DNA of 61,991 nucleotides, filler included, from Sphacelaria rigidula (lineage: Eukaryota): assembly GCA_964200075.2 (NCBI GenBank). It is 9 parts of 9 records of this genome, joined end to end, with 100 filler letters (N's around TTAATTAATTAA, not from the genome) between each part and the next. Parts side by side here need not be neighbours in the genome. Positions count along the whole stretch, not along the records: positions 27,597 to 34,395 come from CAXNAA020018025.1; positions 34,496 to 41,294 come from CAXNAA020018026.1; positions 41,395 to 48,193 come from CAXNAA020018027.1; 6 more parts are not named here. The stretch is one strand, 5' to 3'. The position numbers and the translations under genes were made by a program. Under the pieces are notes generated by a model. The model made no database searches. It had not been told where the DNA came from and saw only the letters and a program-made list of their open reading frames with translations. This document shows positions 33,301-46,195 of the stretch, one piece after another. Positions within the stretch are counted from its first letter, which is position 1, and each line of letters starts with the position of its first letter.

Positions 33301-34395
33301 TTTGGGTTTACCTGATTCGGGCACACCAGACCGTCCCTTGTCTTCTACTGCAGTCCGCGCTTTAGCAACCGCTGCGGCCGACAAAGAACATTCCGGAGCT
33401 ATTAAAAAGGAAGCCTCCGATAGAGTCGAGTCTGCCCGAGTAGCTGCAGTACAGAGACAGTATATCCAGATGGACGCGAGAAAGCTTTGGCATATCAAAA
33501 GCATGCCTGCCGCGGATAACGAAGATCCGGGACGCTTTACTTCTGCCCTTATCATATCCGTTCGCCGTACAGTTTGCAATATCCTTCACTTGGCGGATGC
33601 AACTGGCGTCCAACGCTTTGAAGATCCCAATTGGGTAGACGACTCGTAGATCCCGTTGCACAAAGCATTACATCGATCCATCAGCCGCCGCCGCTCCCCC
33701 GACATCGCTGCTTCTTCAACACAGATCCCCGACGGCTTCCTCGCCGAAATGGTTCCGGATCGTGCCCAGGGGAAGACAGGCCCGGTATTGCTCTCTGATC
33801 TGGAGAGGCTTCTGATGGACCGTTTTGACAAAAGTGACGAAGCAAGCGCCATCCAGAGGCTGAGTACTTTTGCCGTCGCATCGAATGTCTCCTTCGCGAA
33901 TATAAGCTTTTGGTCTCTGGTACTACGCGTGTCGGACGCCAAAATGGACCGAGCGATGCAATGTGTCAGACTTACGTTCGCAATAGCGTTGCTCAACAGT
34001 ATCCGGCTCTGATGCCGTTGTTGTCCCCGGGTGTCTTGGCGCTTCGCGAGGTGCCTTACGCCTCTGTTGATGCTATGTGATCTGCTTTTGTACATTAAGA
34101 GGGTAATAGGACGCCCGTCATACGTGGCAAACCTTCTACGCCTCTGGATTCACAACCTACGCTTGTGTCCTTCGCTCATGCCCAAGGATCTCGCGGCAAC
34201 AATTTGAATTCATCTCGTGCTTCATGGACCCCCGATTCGGTCGCCGGTGCACTTACGCATGTTCAAAGTAACAGAGATGAATTCAGTGCGAGTTTTGATG
34301 GTTGGCCGTTTTCCCAGGAATCTTGGAACAGCCGATTTTATATTTTGGGGTTCATACAAAATATGGGGCTGAAGTGGCATATCTGTCTTGCACGG
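30371..34395 (+). mobile_element. Degenerate gag-like ORF region of a probable LTR retrotransposon
   Basis: About 4 kb of same-strand, intronless, broken ORFs: low-complexity, coiled-coil-like and Gly-rich segments, then ...LLMDRFDKSDEASAIQRLSTFAV.... A possible LTR end and PBS-like ...attaca-tt-TGGCGC lies at 28664-28677. No pol before the contig end. Family assignment is by recall only. Confidence 0.5.
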
Positions 34396-34610
34396 NNNNN
34401 NNNNNNNNNNNNNNNNNNNNNNNNNNNNNNNNNNNNNNNTTAATTAATTAANNNNNNNNNNNNNNNNNNNNNNNNNNNNNNNNNNNNNNNNNNNNCTGGT
34501 GTGTAGGGTTGGGAGGTCAATGGTTTGGGGCCGATGGGATATAATATCACGATTCCCCCCCCCCCCCCCCCCCCCCCTCCCTCCCGCTCGCGCGATCCAC
34601 ATTGCGACAG

Positions 34611-34727
34611 ATCGTAAAATGGTTTTGGGAAGTAATGGGGAGCTTTGAGACGGAACAGCTGGCCCGCGTGCTGCAGTTCGTCACCGGAACGAGTGGTGTT
34701 CCCAGCCAGGGATTTGCCGTTCTGCAG
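34611..34727 (+). CDS. HECT E3 ubiquitin ligase (NEDD4/Rsp5-like), internal exon
   Basis: acag|IVKWFWEVMGSFETEQLARVLQFVTGTSGVPSQGFAVLQ|gtg, the classic HECT C-lobe motif. Confidence 0.93.
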
Positions 34728-35242
34728 GTGAAGTGTGTAGTGTGGAAGAGGAACCGAGGGTTGAGAGCATGCGAGTGACACTTAGCTCTTGTATCCTGAC
34801 CCCAATCAGCTCTTCAATTACGTTGCTCAGACCCGCGGTCAGGGGAATTTGATACCAGAGAAAAGAAGGGAAGGCGAGAGAGAGAGACAAGGACAGGGAC
34901 AGACAGAGATAAAGTGTCTTCCTCCAGGAAAGGGATGGGGAAAATATTCGTGATTTCAATTGCTTTTTTATCATGATCTTGTGATGGAATGGATCGTCAC
35001 GAGACAATGCCCGTGACCGGTGAAGAAAAATGTGGATGCGTCTATTCTTGGCAGGTTCGCATGAGGCCACGACCTTTCTGAACGTGTGTATGCCACGCAA
35101 GTGCAGCTTGTATGCTATACAAGTAGGCGGCATCCCATCCGCGCTCATCCCCCCCATCCCCACCCCACCCCACCTCCTCCTCGCCGCCGCTGGCGCCGCC
35201 GCCTCCGTTGCCTTGCTTTTGATCGTCCATGCTCGGTTGTAG

Positions 35243-35313
35243 GGTAACGATGGCAATATCAGGAGGTTCACTATTAACGGCTTACCGGACTTGGATTCGG
35301 GACTTTTCCCAAA
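35243..35313 (+). CDS. HECT E3 ligase exon
   Basis: tag|GNDGNIRRFTINGLPDLDSGLFP(K)|gtgag, phase 0/2. Confidence 0.88.
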
Positions 35314-35409
35314 GTGAGTACGGGTAGTGCGGTAGCATCGAACTTTATTTATTCAACCAAGAGGAGCAACGCACACGAGTCGTTTAATTCAAGGTTGTCT
35401 TCTTTAGTG

Positions 35410-36800
35410 TAAGGTTTGTTGCATACCCGGGGTACTCCCCCGGCTATTGCCCGTTCCCGACGGGTCTGTGAGATGTGTACGAAAATTGTACCTTCACCCG
35501 GGGTACGGGTACACGCATCTGGGTACACGCATGTAGAAATGCCCAGTTGCGGGTAGGGGTTTCTAGACAACCTGCATACCGTATCCGGCAGGTGCTGTAC
35601 AGTAGTGGGCGGGCTAAATATTCAGGTGTGATTTGGGGTTTTCCTCGCGTACTACTCTTCGATAGAACTCGAAGTTGCTGGCATCGGTAAAATTTGGTAC
35701 AATAAACAGATCATCCTCGAAACATAGTGCACAAGTCAGAGTTAGTTGGTCTTATCTGGCGATACGAGTAAATATCCCGTTTATCAGGAGGGTGTTATTG
35801 ACCGTGAAACAAAGTTTTTCGGCTCTGCTGCAATGAGTTAGGTGAAATAAAAAAAAAATTGAATGTGTACATTTCTCAACAAATATGATCGGGACAGGCT
35901 CAATCGACCGAACATATCGAACAGTAAGAATCTGGGCTGAAACGTGGGAGTACCCCCCATGACCGGCCAGCCCATAACTCACTCAATATTGAGTACATAT
36001 GTTCGTTTTTCTTGGAATGTGGAGCGGACACAAGTATCTTCAGATCTCCAATGCGATAAGCGGTGGCGAGCGAGAAGAGCCCAAGAAAATCGCTCATCAC
36101 GAAAAAACACAAAATTAAATGCTACAAAATGAATAACCAGACCGCCCACTGCTGTAAGTTACGTGAGACTTCCCTACTGGTACCCGACATGTTCTTCGTG
36201 CTCTACAAGACTTCCATACCGGCACCCGACAGATGTGAGAATATGTCAGAAATATCATATTCTCCCGGACATACCCGTACCCTGCGAAACACAGCCTTGG
36301 AGATTCCTTCCTCTTCAACTGTCCTCAGAGCAATCCCAGCGGGAAAAACGGTCACCAACGAACCCAAACCCAACTATACGCAAATACCGTAGTGAATCCA
36401 AGCATGGTTTCGTAATATTTCAAGGTTTTGTTTTCGGAGGATACTATTTTATGTGAACCCAGGGTGTTTACCCGGGTTTCACCTGTTCCCAACAGCTTCT
36501 GTAAGTTCTGTAAGCCACATACCCGTACCCAACATATCTGTAAGTTCTGTAAGCCTCTCATACCTATACCCGACAGGTATGTATGCCCTGTACGAAATAT
36601 TTACCCTTACCCGGGGTACGATCATACCTTGTAGGCATACCCAGTTGCGGGTGAGGGTCTCCGTACAACCTCGATAACGTACCCGACAGGTTCTCTCAAG
36701 CACTGCAAGACTTCCATACCCGGTATCCTACAGTTCTGTAAGCTCTGTAAGAAATTTCGTACGCTACCAAACATGCCTGTATCCTGCAAAACACAACCCT
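35410..36800. repeat. Two adjacent copies of an intronic repeat rich in tgtaagttctgtaag / tacccg motifs
   Basis: Shared block cccggggtac...cccagttgcgggt...caacct at about 35500 and 36610. Both copies end in aaacaca[g/a]cc. Boundaries are approximate. Confidence 0.7.
35600..36154. mobile_element. Tc1/mariner-type MITE (TA TSD) nested in the intronic repeat
   Basis: TA|cagtagtgggcgg...ccgcccactgctg|TA. Removal rejoins ggtgctgta+agttacgtgagacttcc, matching the host repeat motif. Confidence 0.8.
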
Positions 36801-37479
36801 GGTTTATTTTGTCTGATAAGGTCTTGCTAAGAAGCTGTTTTTTGCAGGAACAACTACGATGCCCGCGTTTTTTTTTGGGATGGGATGTGCAACAATCCCG
36901 CTTCAGTCGATTAGCGTAATGAAAACCGTGAAAAAATAGGGTCTAACATGTCGATCCTTGACAGGTGTTCTATTCGTGAGGTTTCGCCAGCATATTTTGG
37001 AGCGAGAAGGTGAATCTTGTAGCGTTGAAAGCGAGGTGTCAGAATAATGTTTCATGTCATACGAGTAGAATGCGTGGTGATTCTGCCTTTCATTCTGCAT
37101 TGAAGCGATACACTTGGAGGTACCATCAAAGTGTTTGCCTTCTATCCAGAGCCAACGCCTTCCAAGCGAGTAGTGTCCACAAAGTAGAACTGGAGATATC
37201 ACAAGCGTGTGGCGCTCGAAAAGGTTCTGTGTGGGTGGGGTGTGGGTTGGCCTTGCACGCTTTCTCCGGCTGAGGCTATCTGCGCGAAATGGTGTCGTCA
37301 TTTTCGCAAACATTCGTGGTGGACAGATTGCACGGTACCATGGCGTCAAAAGCAGTGAAGCCCCCCGAAACTTGTTCGTCTCGAGATCCCTTTGTTCATT
37401 TTCCCTCTTTTGCTGCTTCTTGCTTTATCATACTGTTTGTGGTCGCTTTCTGCGCTCCCCCCCCCTCACTCCCGACCAG

Positions 37480-37594
37480 GTCTCACACTTGCTTTAATCG
37501 CATAGACTTGCCCATGTACTCCAGTAAGAAGGAGCTGGAGGAGTACTTGACTATGGCCATCAACATGGAGTGCACCGGTTTTGGTATTGAGTAG
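37480..37594 (+). CDS. HECT E3 ligase, last exon (catalytic Cys)
   Basis: ccag|SHTCFNRIDLPMYSSKKELEEYLTMAINMECTGFGIE*. Contains the HTCFN active site and the C-terminal -4 Phe. Confidence 0.95.
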
Positions 37595-39697
37595 GCGACG
37601 CTATTCGCGCTGGAAGGCGGAGGAATGGGCGTTGTACAATATGAAAGGGGGTAGCGCCTCGCCTCGCGTGCAATTTTGTGTTGTGTTGTTACGGTGCGAG
37701 CTACGTTGGTTTGTATGATGGTGGGGGGTATACTTGAGCGTAAACCGGCATGCAAGAGACGCGCTGCGAACTGAGTCGTGTGCTTATACAATAGATAACA
37801 CGCTCTTTCCACGAAAAGGGGGGCGGGCGGGACTGTTTCACCACCAAAGGCGGGGAAGATGCCGAGAGTAACGGAAACGGGAGAAGGGTACGAGGAAAAG
37901 CGCCCTAGGCTTGGGAGACACTCTGCAACTTTTGCACAATGAGAATTGCAGTACCGCCCACTTTTGCGTTACCCACCCTTGAAGTGGTTTTGCAGGATCG
38001 AGTCCTTCGTCTAGACACGCCGTCAAGGCATCGTCATCTCAGAGTGGCCGCATGACTCGCCCCCACCTCCCCCCCCCCCCCCCCCCCCCGCCCCCCCCTT
38101 CCCCCTCCCCCCCCCCCCTCGTTTCCTATCCTTCACCGCTTTGCTGGCTTTTTCTTTTNNNNNNNNNNGGTCCATTCCCTCGTCGACACTCGCCGTCAAG
38201 GTATGCCGATCGCAGAGTTGCCGCAGGCCCCCCCCCCCCCCCCCCCCCCCCCCTCCCGATTTCCCCTCATGTTCCTCCCCTACCCTCGATTTGTACCCAG
38301 CTATCCTTGGCTGTTTGGCTTTTTCTGAATTTGGGGTCTCTCGTTCCTATCCCTACACTCGTTTTGACACACCCATGTCCACAGACGTCCTCACACATTG
38401 TAGCTGTAGTTTCGTTGTGAGGAATATTTGCACGTGGCAGAGGCAAGACGAGTATTGGCCCTTCGACGGTGAGAGTAGGTTATCTGTTGAATCGGTGTTA
38501 ATTCCACTTGAAAAAAGTATGCAAGATCCAGATGGACTACCCTCGCGGTCTAAGGGTTACCTATGCTGAAAGACGGGCATCAGTTTCTGCTTAATTTTTT
38601 CCCTCAAACGCTCTAGGTTAGTATTGCTTTTTGGCGCGGTTTTTGAGAGACGCTTGAAGGCCGTCGCCCCGATGCTGTTGGTGCTGTTTTTTGGAGTAAA
38701 AAAAACGGATTGGTTTGTCCTCTGCGAGCCGCTGGGAATGTTGCGTTTCTGTTGAGATGCTTATTTTAGGTGAAAGTTTTTCTACCATCTGTAGGTCATT
38801 TTTCGGGGGTGGGGTGGGGGGGTGTCGTGAGCACCTGCTGCTATGCATATAGTACGTACATGGATTTTTCGGATCGTTTTTCGTGGCTACTGACGTGTGT
38901 GTGGGGTGGGGGTTGCAGAGCGCGGTTTGTGACTTGACCGGTGGGGTAGATGCTGAATTCACTTGTTGGGGGAGCGCTCGGGCCATCAAGGCTTTTGGCG
39001 TCTGCATGTAGAAAAACGTTTTTTGTTCGTTTTTTGCGGCCGTGTGGCGCTGACTTTCAGGTGTCCCCTCCCCCCCACCGATGTGTTGCAAGTATTAAGT
39101 GTTTCGGGGAATTTACTAGGGTGACACCATCGGACGACCTGGGTTGAAAAAAAAGAAGGGTTTCGACAAAGCACAGCCAATTTGAGCGAATCCTCCAACA
39201 GGCCGTAGTAAGGAGTTAATCGTCGAAAACCTCGCAGTGACGCGATGAAACATGGATGATGAGAACTCATTTTGTAACAACATGCCATCTCCCAACTAAT
39301 TTCAGTGTTTGAACAACGCAAGTAGGTTCAGGTTTTCTGCGGTAACATCGACAACACCGCTACAAGAGTGATATCTGTGTATCAAATCCGGGTTGAAAGG
39401 ACAAGGTAGCAACGGGTACGAGTAGGAAATACTTCACATAGCCTGGTGCGATACCCGAATTTTTCACTTCAGTCGAACCCTAAACCCGGGGGGAACTACT
39501 CTCGAGTCCTCGTGATTGGGGTGCCAGATGTAGCCCAATATCTGCAATAAAAGTCAAGTTGGTTTACGTGTTGAGTATCTCACTCAACTTGGACGGGAAA
39601 TGTACACTGTTCGAAGCATTTTTAGGGTTGTTGACCACCACGAGCCACGAAGAACAATGTTTTCGTGAGATTGAGAGTGGAAGATACGATTGAGAGT

Positions 39698-39955
39698 TGT
39701 AGCCTTTGCCAGACGATCTGGACAAGAGGGCCATCCACGAGGGACTCCTCCAGTAGCACTGGCGTCGTGCTCGACTAATCCTTTCTTCTCACTTGTTATT
39801 ATCACGGAGTGATCCTCAACAGACCACATCAAGAGCCAGGCAGCAAGGGGCCACGCAGATGAGGGTTATCAACCCAGGATCCCCTGTTCCCTGCGACTGC
39901 TCCAATCATGCACGCGATTATACTGAAACCTACGGCTTGGTATCATTCGGCTACA
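39698..39955 (-). mobile_element. 3' LTR (258 bp) of a gypsy element
   Basis: Bounded by TGTAGCC...GGCTACA. On the minus strand it follows the integrase/chromodomain and a G-rich tract tttgggggtgc. Homologous to 52689-52942. Confidence 0.85.
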
Positions 39956-40033
39956 GCACCCCCAAAGCGATTTCAAGACAAACGAACGAGCTTGACAACC
40001 AACAAAAACCAAGGCGAAATCGCATGCGCCAGA

Positions 40034-41294
40034 TCACAAAAAAATACCATATTCCGACGCTAATTTAGTCGTCAGCGCCCGAGTCAACCGCAGTCCACGC
40101 AGTTCCTTCAAAACAACTTCAGGCGCATAAGACTGAATCTTGCGAAGACACTCCCACGTACGCACGTTCTTCAGCACCGAACCCTTCCCAATCGACCAAA
40201 ACAGTGACATCACCATTGTCATCCTCAGCGCTGTGCAGCAAAGCCTCATCCGACACTCACCTTGAGCATACGAACGCTGGAATGCATCTTTTAGTTCCGC
40301 AGTGATGTGCAACTGCGAGTTAGCATAGAAACGTAGACGAGTGACATGGGCCGAGTGCACGGCGCCAGAAACAATGTTCTGCACCGAATACACGTGATCG
40401 TGGTCGGCTCCGACCACTAGCCACGGACCTGTCCACGTGGACATCAACTTTGGCGTCACACCTTGCCTCCGAACACAGGCATATAACACGAAATTTCCAA
40501 CTGCAAACTTGGGCAACACAGCCTGGCCCTGAGCAAGCTTGCGTTTGGTTTCGCGAGAAATCCACGACAGCAGCTTGCACTTCGTTACAAAACCGCACTT
40601 GCTCGTCAACCACATCTCGAATCTTGTCACGCAAAGAATCAGCGTCCATGACACCGACGTTCCACTCGTCGCCAGTGACAGAAGCCAGCGCGGAAAATGC
40701 TGTACGAGGCGTACGCCCAAACATCACACAATACAGAGTGTTGCGGTAGCGTTCACGAAAAGAAGTATTCAACGCCCACTGAGCGGCTGGCAAAACATCA
40801 ATCCATTCGTACACCGGCCGTCGCTGTTCCGACAAAATAGACCGCAACGCACGAATAACCTCTCTGATCATGCGTTCACAAGCATCATTCGACCAAGGGT
40901 CATACGCAACAGCACATTGGTGTTGCACCTTCAGCGCATCGCTCAGCTGCGCGATCACTCGATTCTTGAAGTGCGTGGCGGCATCATTAACCCAAACACG
41001 CGGCACTCCCAAAGTCTTACACCAAAGGAGCAAGGGTTTATCCGTAACCTCGGCGGTGCAAGCCTCGGTCGGCTCCAAGCAAACGAAATTGGACAAATCA
41101 TCCATGATACCCAAAACGTACCGAAAACCATCCTCCTCAGGCAAACCATGAGCACCTTCAGGCCCGCTACTTCCGACTTACAGAAAATCAAAGGAAACAA
41201 CTTCACCTGGCGCAGTACTACGCACACAGTATCGCCATATAACAGGGTTGCCAGAAAAATGAGAACGTATTTTGAAATAAGAATCCACCGCTCC
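40034..41294 (-). mobile_element. Ty3/gypsy integrase plus chromodomain-like C-terminus (degenerate)
   Basis: Integrase core FRYVLGIMDDLSNF...WVNDAATHF...PWSNDACERM. GPY/F-like KLMSTWTGPW. Chromo-like VLVDWEGFGAEE..TWE. Frameshifts present. Confidence 0.9.
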
Positions 41295-41594
41295 NNNNNN
41301 NNNNNNNNNNNNNNNNNNNNNNNNNNNNNNNNNNNNNNTTAATTAATTAANNNNNNNNNNNNNNNNNNNNNNNNNNNNNNNNNNNNNNNNNNNNCATATC
41401 CCGAGAGGGGTAGACTGGCGCCCAGAATAAATGGGACGACAACACAACACACACATCATCATCATCGTCGTCACCACCATGTACCGTTTCTCTCTCAGGC
41501 ATTTAGCGCGACAGCATACAGCATACAGAGAAATACGCCGTACTCGCATGCACTATTAGTACGATAACTACGATATCAACGATATTAAACGTAC

Positions 41595-41918
41595 CTCGTT
41601 CGGGCTTCCGCCGTAAACGCTGGAGCTGCTGGCAAACACGAAAGACTTCACTCCGTGTACGCGAGACAGTTCCAGGAGCCGCGTCGTGGCCTCCACGTTG
41701 GAGTGCACGTAAATGAAGGGGTCCTGGATAGAGGGTCGCACGCCCGCGCGCGCGGCCATGTGCACAACCCACTGGATGCCCTCAGTTTCGAAGATGCGCC
41801 CGATGAAGGGGGCATCGCACAAGTCCCCCTCGAAAAACCGCACACGGTTGGGGCCGTACTTCTCGAGCAGCATGGCGATGTTAGAGCGCTTGGTGCGCAC
41901 GTCGTAGTAGTCATTGAC
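41595..41918 (-). CDS. NAD-dependent epimerase (UDP-glucuronate 4-epimerase-like), exon 3
   Basis: ccag|VNDYYDVRTKRSN...GDLCD...VVHMAARAGVRPSIQDPFIYVHSNVEAT...FVFASSSSVYGGSPNE|gtacg, 108 codons. Downstream exons are lost at the contig end. Confidence 0.93.
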
Positions 41919-42922
41919 CTGGGTGTGGTGATCAGGCGAGGAACGTGCGCGCGGAGGGGGCGGGGGGTTCACGGGTCATGATCGGACCTCCTGGTGGGGG
42001 AGAACACAGCTTGTTTTTCGGGGACAGGGGGCATGGTCATGATCTATAACTATATCACAATGACTTTTGACAAGCGTTGAGAACCGAACGGAAAACAACT
42101 TCGATACGATTTAAAATATGTTTCGACAAAAAAACATCGATACCGATTTTTCTTCGTACTTGGAATGGTCAAAGAACCTCTTGTTTTTGGTCGGTCGTTT
42201 TTGCCAAACAGCCCCGAGAGAAGCCCCGAGAGCCAGTTCCCTTATCGAAAGTATCGGCTCACCGGTTCGCGATTTGGGTACTGAGAATTGCAGACAATCG
42301 CTATCTATACTCGATATTTTGATATCGATTTTCGACACCACGTTCTCCAAAATCGGCGTCGTCCGTTGTCACAACGGAAGGGGATAACGAATTAACGTCA
42401 CGGAACTAGTTTGAAGGTCGAGAAACAGGCACGTCATAAATGTCTCGGGAGAAGCTGCTCCTTCTTCGGTTTTCCGACTTCTTCGGGAAAAAAAACACTA
42501 TGCGATTAATATGACGGTAGATTTTTCGACCATGTAATGTCTCACAAATCGTAGATTTTGGTGTGATTTGCACTGGCAACAATTCATCCGATCATTGATT
42601 TCCTCCGAAAAAAAATCCTAGACGACCGTCACCAAGTGTATGATACAAAAAAGACAACGCGACAGGACGGCAGGGGACTCGAGGACGCCGCGGCAGCTGA
42701 GGATGCGCCGTAAAATCTACCCGCTGTTTCAATTGTTCTACTGGCGAATGTGTGATCGAGCGTCGCTGTGATGCGTGTCAGCTCGACACCAAGAAGAGTA
42801 CGTCATGTTCGCCGGATATCCCACGTCATGTTGCATATATCTTTGGGGTTATCTTGCGGATCATTGGTTGGTGTCTCCTATATCTTCGTCTCAAGAGTCT
42901 AGCTGGACACACGGACACATAC

Positions 42923-43039
42923 CTCGTCAACGATCACGACGTCATCGCCACGCGCCAGCAGCGTGTCCGCCACCCAACTACCGATGAAGCCTGCACCGCC
43001 CGTCACCAAAACCTTCTTTTTCTGGGTATGGGCAGGGAC
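42923..43039 (-). CDS. UDP-glucuronate 4-epimerase-like, exon 2
   Basis: acag|VPAHTQKKKVLVTGGAGFIGSWVADTLLARGDDVVIVDE|gtatg, with the Rossmann GxxGxxG motif. Confidence 0.93.
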
Positions 43040-44134
43040 CTGTTCGTCATTTGTTCCATGACAAGAGAGGGTGAGAGGGCGGACGTGGGACGTCTTCAGA
43101 TAATCGAACGGATAATACTCGAACGAATATTACGTGAAGCTCGTCTGGTACCTGATTTTGTACGTTCAAAAGCATGCAAGATTTGCACTCTAAATGTTCA
43201 TTTTCATCTAACTTCCTAGGATGGAGTTGATGCGAAGGATGATAACAAGGCAACTAAAGAGAACGGTGAAGGCTGCGGAGGTGATGGGTATCCTGCTGAT
43301 GATAATTAGAAGTCAGCCTCCCTGGTTGAAAATTTGTGCACAAGTCAGTCGAGATAGCACTGAAAACCCGTTGAAAAGCCTCACGACAGGTGCTTCCGCA
43401 ATTCTCCCTTACGTCACTCTTTCGATACCGTCCCCGCGACTGTGCACGGTCGAAACATCATTTCTGTTGAGCATCCAATATCAACTCTCATCTGGGCATA
43501 ACCTGAGCTGAACCCTAGGCAAACCGATCGCATTCAGGCAAATGGTGCGCAGATTGTGCGTCAGGCGAAGCTGGTGACAGCTGCAACGCGTCCGTCGGAC
43601 CGTGGGGGACCCCTCGAGACGAATGCCACTCCCCGAAGACAATAGTACAGATTACAGACAGTAAAAAACACGTGTATGTCAACCCTGAATTTGAGACAAC
43701 GCGTTGGATCATCTCTACAGAATGGCGAGATTTTCCGTGTAGTCGGCATGTCCAGACAAATTTTGAAAAATCGTCGGCTCGCTGACTACGACGAACGCCC
43801 GAGTAACGAAGACACGACATGAAGGGGGTACATCGGTACATGTGTCCGATGCAGCCTATTGCACACGCCGAAACAATCGCTACATGAAGACATGATATTT
43901 GGCTTCGCACATACGAGTGTTTGACCCACACGCAAGAGACGTCATAGACACAAAATATCTGGATCCACCACCGGACATTGTGTTAAAACAACTAGCAGTG
44001 CGGTGACTAAAAACCGTAAGAGTTCGCATCAGCAGTATCTGTGTCTGTCGAAACTCAACGCACACCATCATGACCACACGGCCGACACCAAACCCCGCCG
44101 CCTCTTCGCATTAACTGACTCATGGATTCATCAC

Positions 44135-44464
44135 CTCTGTGTATTCGCTGCTGTTTGAAGTTGGTGGGGTGTCCATCATGTAATCCCCGGCATTTAGATC
44201 GTCATGGTCTTCAGATGAACACGAGGTGTCTGACGGGAAGCTCTCCGTAGACATGGACGAGCTCGCGTCGCTGTAAAGCGTCGCCGGGGGACCTGCAGCA
44301 ACCCCCGCCGCCGCTGACGCCGACGTACCGCCACCAACACTGGCCGCAGAGTTCTCGGCGGGCGCAGTAGAAGTCGGCATGGTGGCGGTGGCCGACGCGG
44401 TGCTGCGTGTGTAACAAGCGGAACCGCCTTTTGCGTAGGAATGTTGGAAAGGGATGTGTGTCAT
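44135..44464 (-). CDS. UDP-glucuronate 4-epimerase-like, probable exon 1 (Ser/Ala/Thr-rich extension)
   Basis: aagATG start, 110 codons MTHIPFQHSY...SNSSEYTE|gtgat. Phase 0 matches exon 2. Confidence 0.7.
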
Positions 44465-45944
44465 CTTTGTAGGTTGGGAAGCTGAACGAAAGTGTTTATT
44501 TTGATTTCGGTGCTGCTGCCGCTGCTGATGCTGATGCTGGCACTTGCGGGGATGGTTTGGCTCAGCTCTCACTTAGCTTGAAGATAATGTGTTGCTGTTT
44601 CGGTGGCTGGATGGGCTCCGGGGGCTGTTTGTTGTGTGGCGGGGGGGGGGTTGATTTAATGTGTTTGAACGGGGGCGGGTGGGTCTGGAGCGATCGTTTG
44701 TCGGGAAAGGGCTGACGCAGATGTCCCGCTTTTTCGGACGAAAATAATATGAGGAAAATAATGAACAAATATCACTTGGAAATAGTATAGAGAAGCGTGT
44801 CGCGAATGCTGCCTCAGATGAAAAAATGCGCGAAAAACGTCATTTTTGTTGTTACCCGATTGCGTCAGCTCTTTTTTGGAGATTTCCGTCGGCGAAACGG
44901 TACAAACTGACTCCGTTTTTTGTTCCCGTTTGCGTGTTTTCAGTACTGTATTCAGTGATCTGTGACATGGCGAGGTGACGAGCCATCTGACTGGATCTGA
45001 CAAAGCAGGCCCTAATCATTCGATCTCTGTGTTCTTGAGCGATGCGTTGGCACTACGGGATGAATATTTGAGTTCGCGTATACCCGGCCATTTTTTCAAG
45101 GATAGCGCTCTTGGGTCATCATCATGGGCGAGGACAATGCAGTAATGCGTGATATATATACTTTCATTGCTCTAGAAATAGATATAGGGAAGACATGTCA
45201 GCAGCGACAAATTGGTGACTAATTACAGGTCTATCTCTTGTTACTATAATAGATCACTGACGGAGTAGTCTGTGACATGGTTGTTTCGTTCCTCCACGTG
45301 TCAAATAGGTGTACGTACTTGAAATTGTAGCGCATGAAGCGACTGGGCAGGGCAGAAGCTGACACCACTTTTGGAGGCTGCAACCATCGTTAAAGCCACA
45401 CGTACCTCATTGAAGGAGCAATAATGTTCTAGTGATTCATTATGGTGGCTGTCTTCCATCGCATCAGCTCCTACTCGCCTCCTCTCTCTGCTCTCCCGTT
45501 TACTGTCCATGTAGACGCACGATGACTGTACGTTACAACCGGTGTTCACCCATGCATGTATTCTGTCTGCACTGTTTCTACGAATCAATGATGAAGATGA
45601 ACCGCAGTCGGGCCGTTGACAACAGGCAGTCAGTAGTATCTACAGGGTGGATGGGTATATACTCGGAACGTGTTTCGGTGCGTCTTGATGCGACAAACTT
45701 GTACGGTCGTGTTCATGAGTTCAGATATGTTGAGCGGATGCTCTCGAGCATGCCGGGCGTGATTTGGCGTTCGTTTGCTTGCTCAACAAGCTAGCAAACG
45801 TAGCTCCGCCAGCACGTGCAAGAATTCATGGATGATGAATGGTTTCATAGCAATAACTGAACTGACCGCTAAAAGATGTGGTGCCCAGTACGAATGTACC
45901 GCGCAGATATCGGAACGGTTTTTTTATGTGAAGAACAACAAAAG

Positions 45945-46195
45945 ATGCGAGGGCCGGACGAACTAATGATTCTCTTTAAATTACTTGGTTTTGGTGTCAT
46001 TGATCCGTACCGTACGAATCAATCCTCAGGCTCTGTTTTCAGTGTTGCAACCCAAGGCAGCGCAGCCTAGGTACGTGTAGTGGCGCAAAAATTGATCAGC
46101 AGTTAACTTGTTTCCTCTTTTTCGAACAATCAGGCGTGAAAAATCATTAATCTTGTGACCCGGACCGGGGATGGTTCGTCCGAATCGTGAAAAGA
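45945..46195 (-). repeat. Dispersed repeat (copy 2 of the family at 1340-1620)
   Basis: Reverse complement aligns with 60290-60560. Confidence 0.75.

Noticed and set aside
38020..38260. Duplicated segment with poly-C tracts and proline-rich ORFs
   Set aside because: Homopolymer runs straddling a 10-N gap give unreliable sequence. The ORFs are artefacts of the C-runs.
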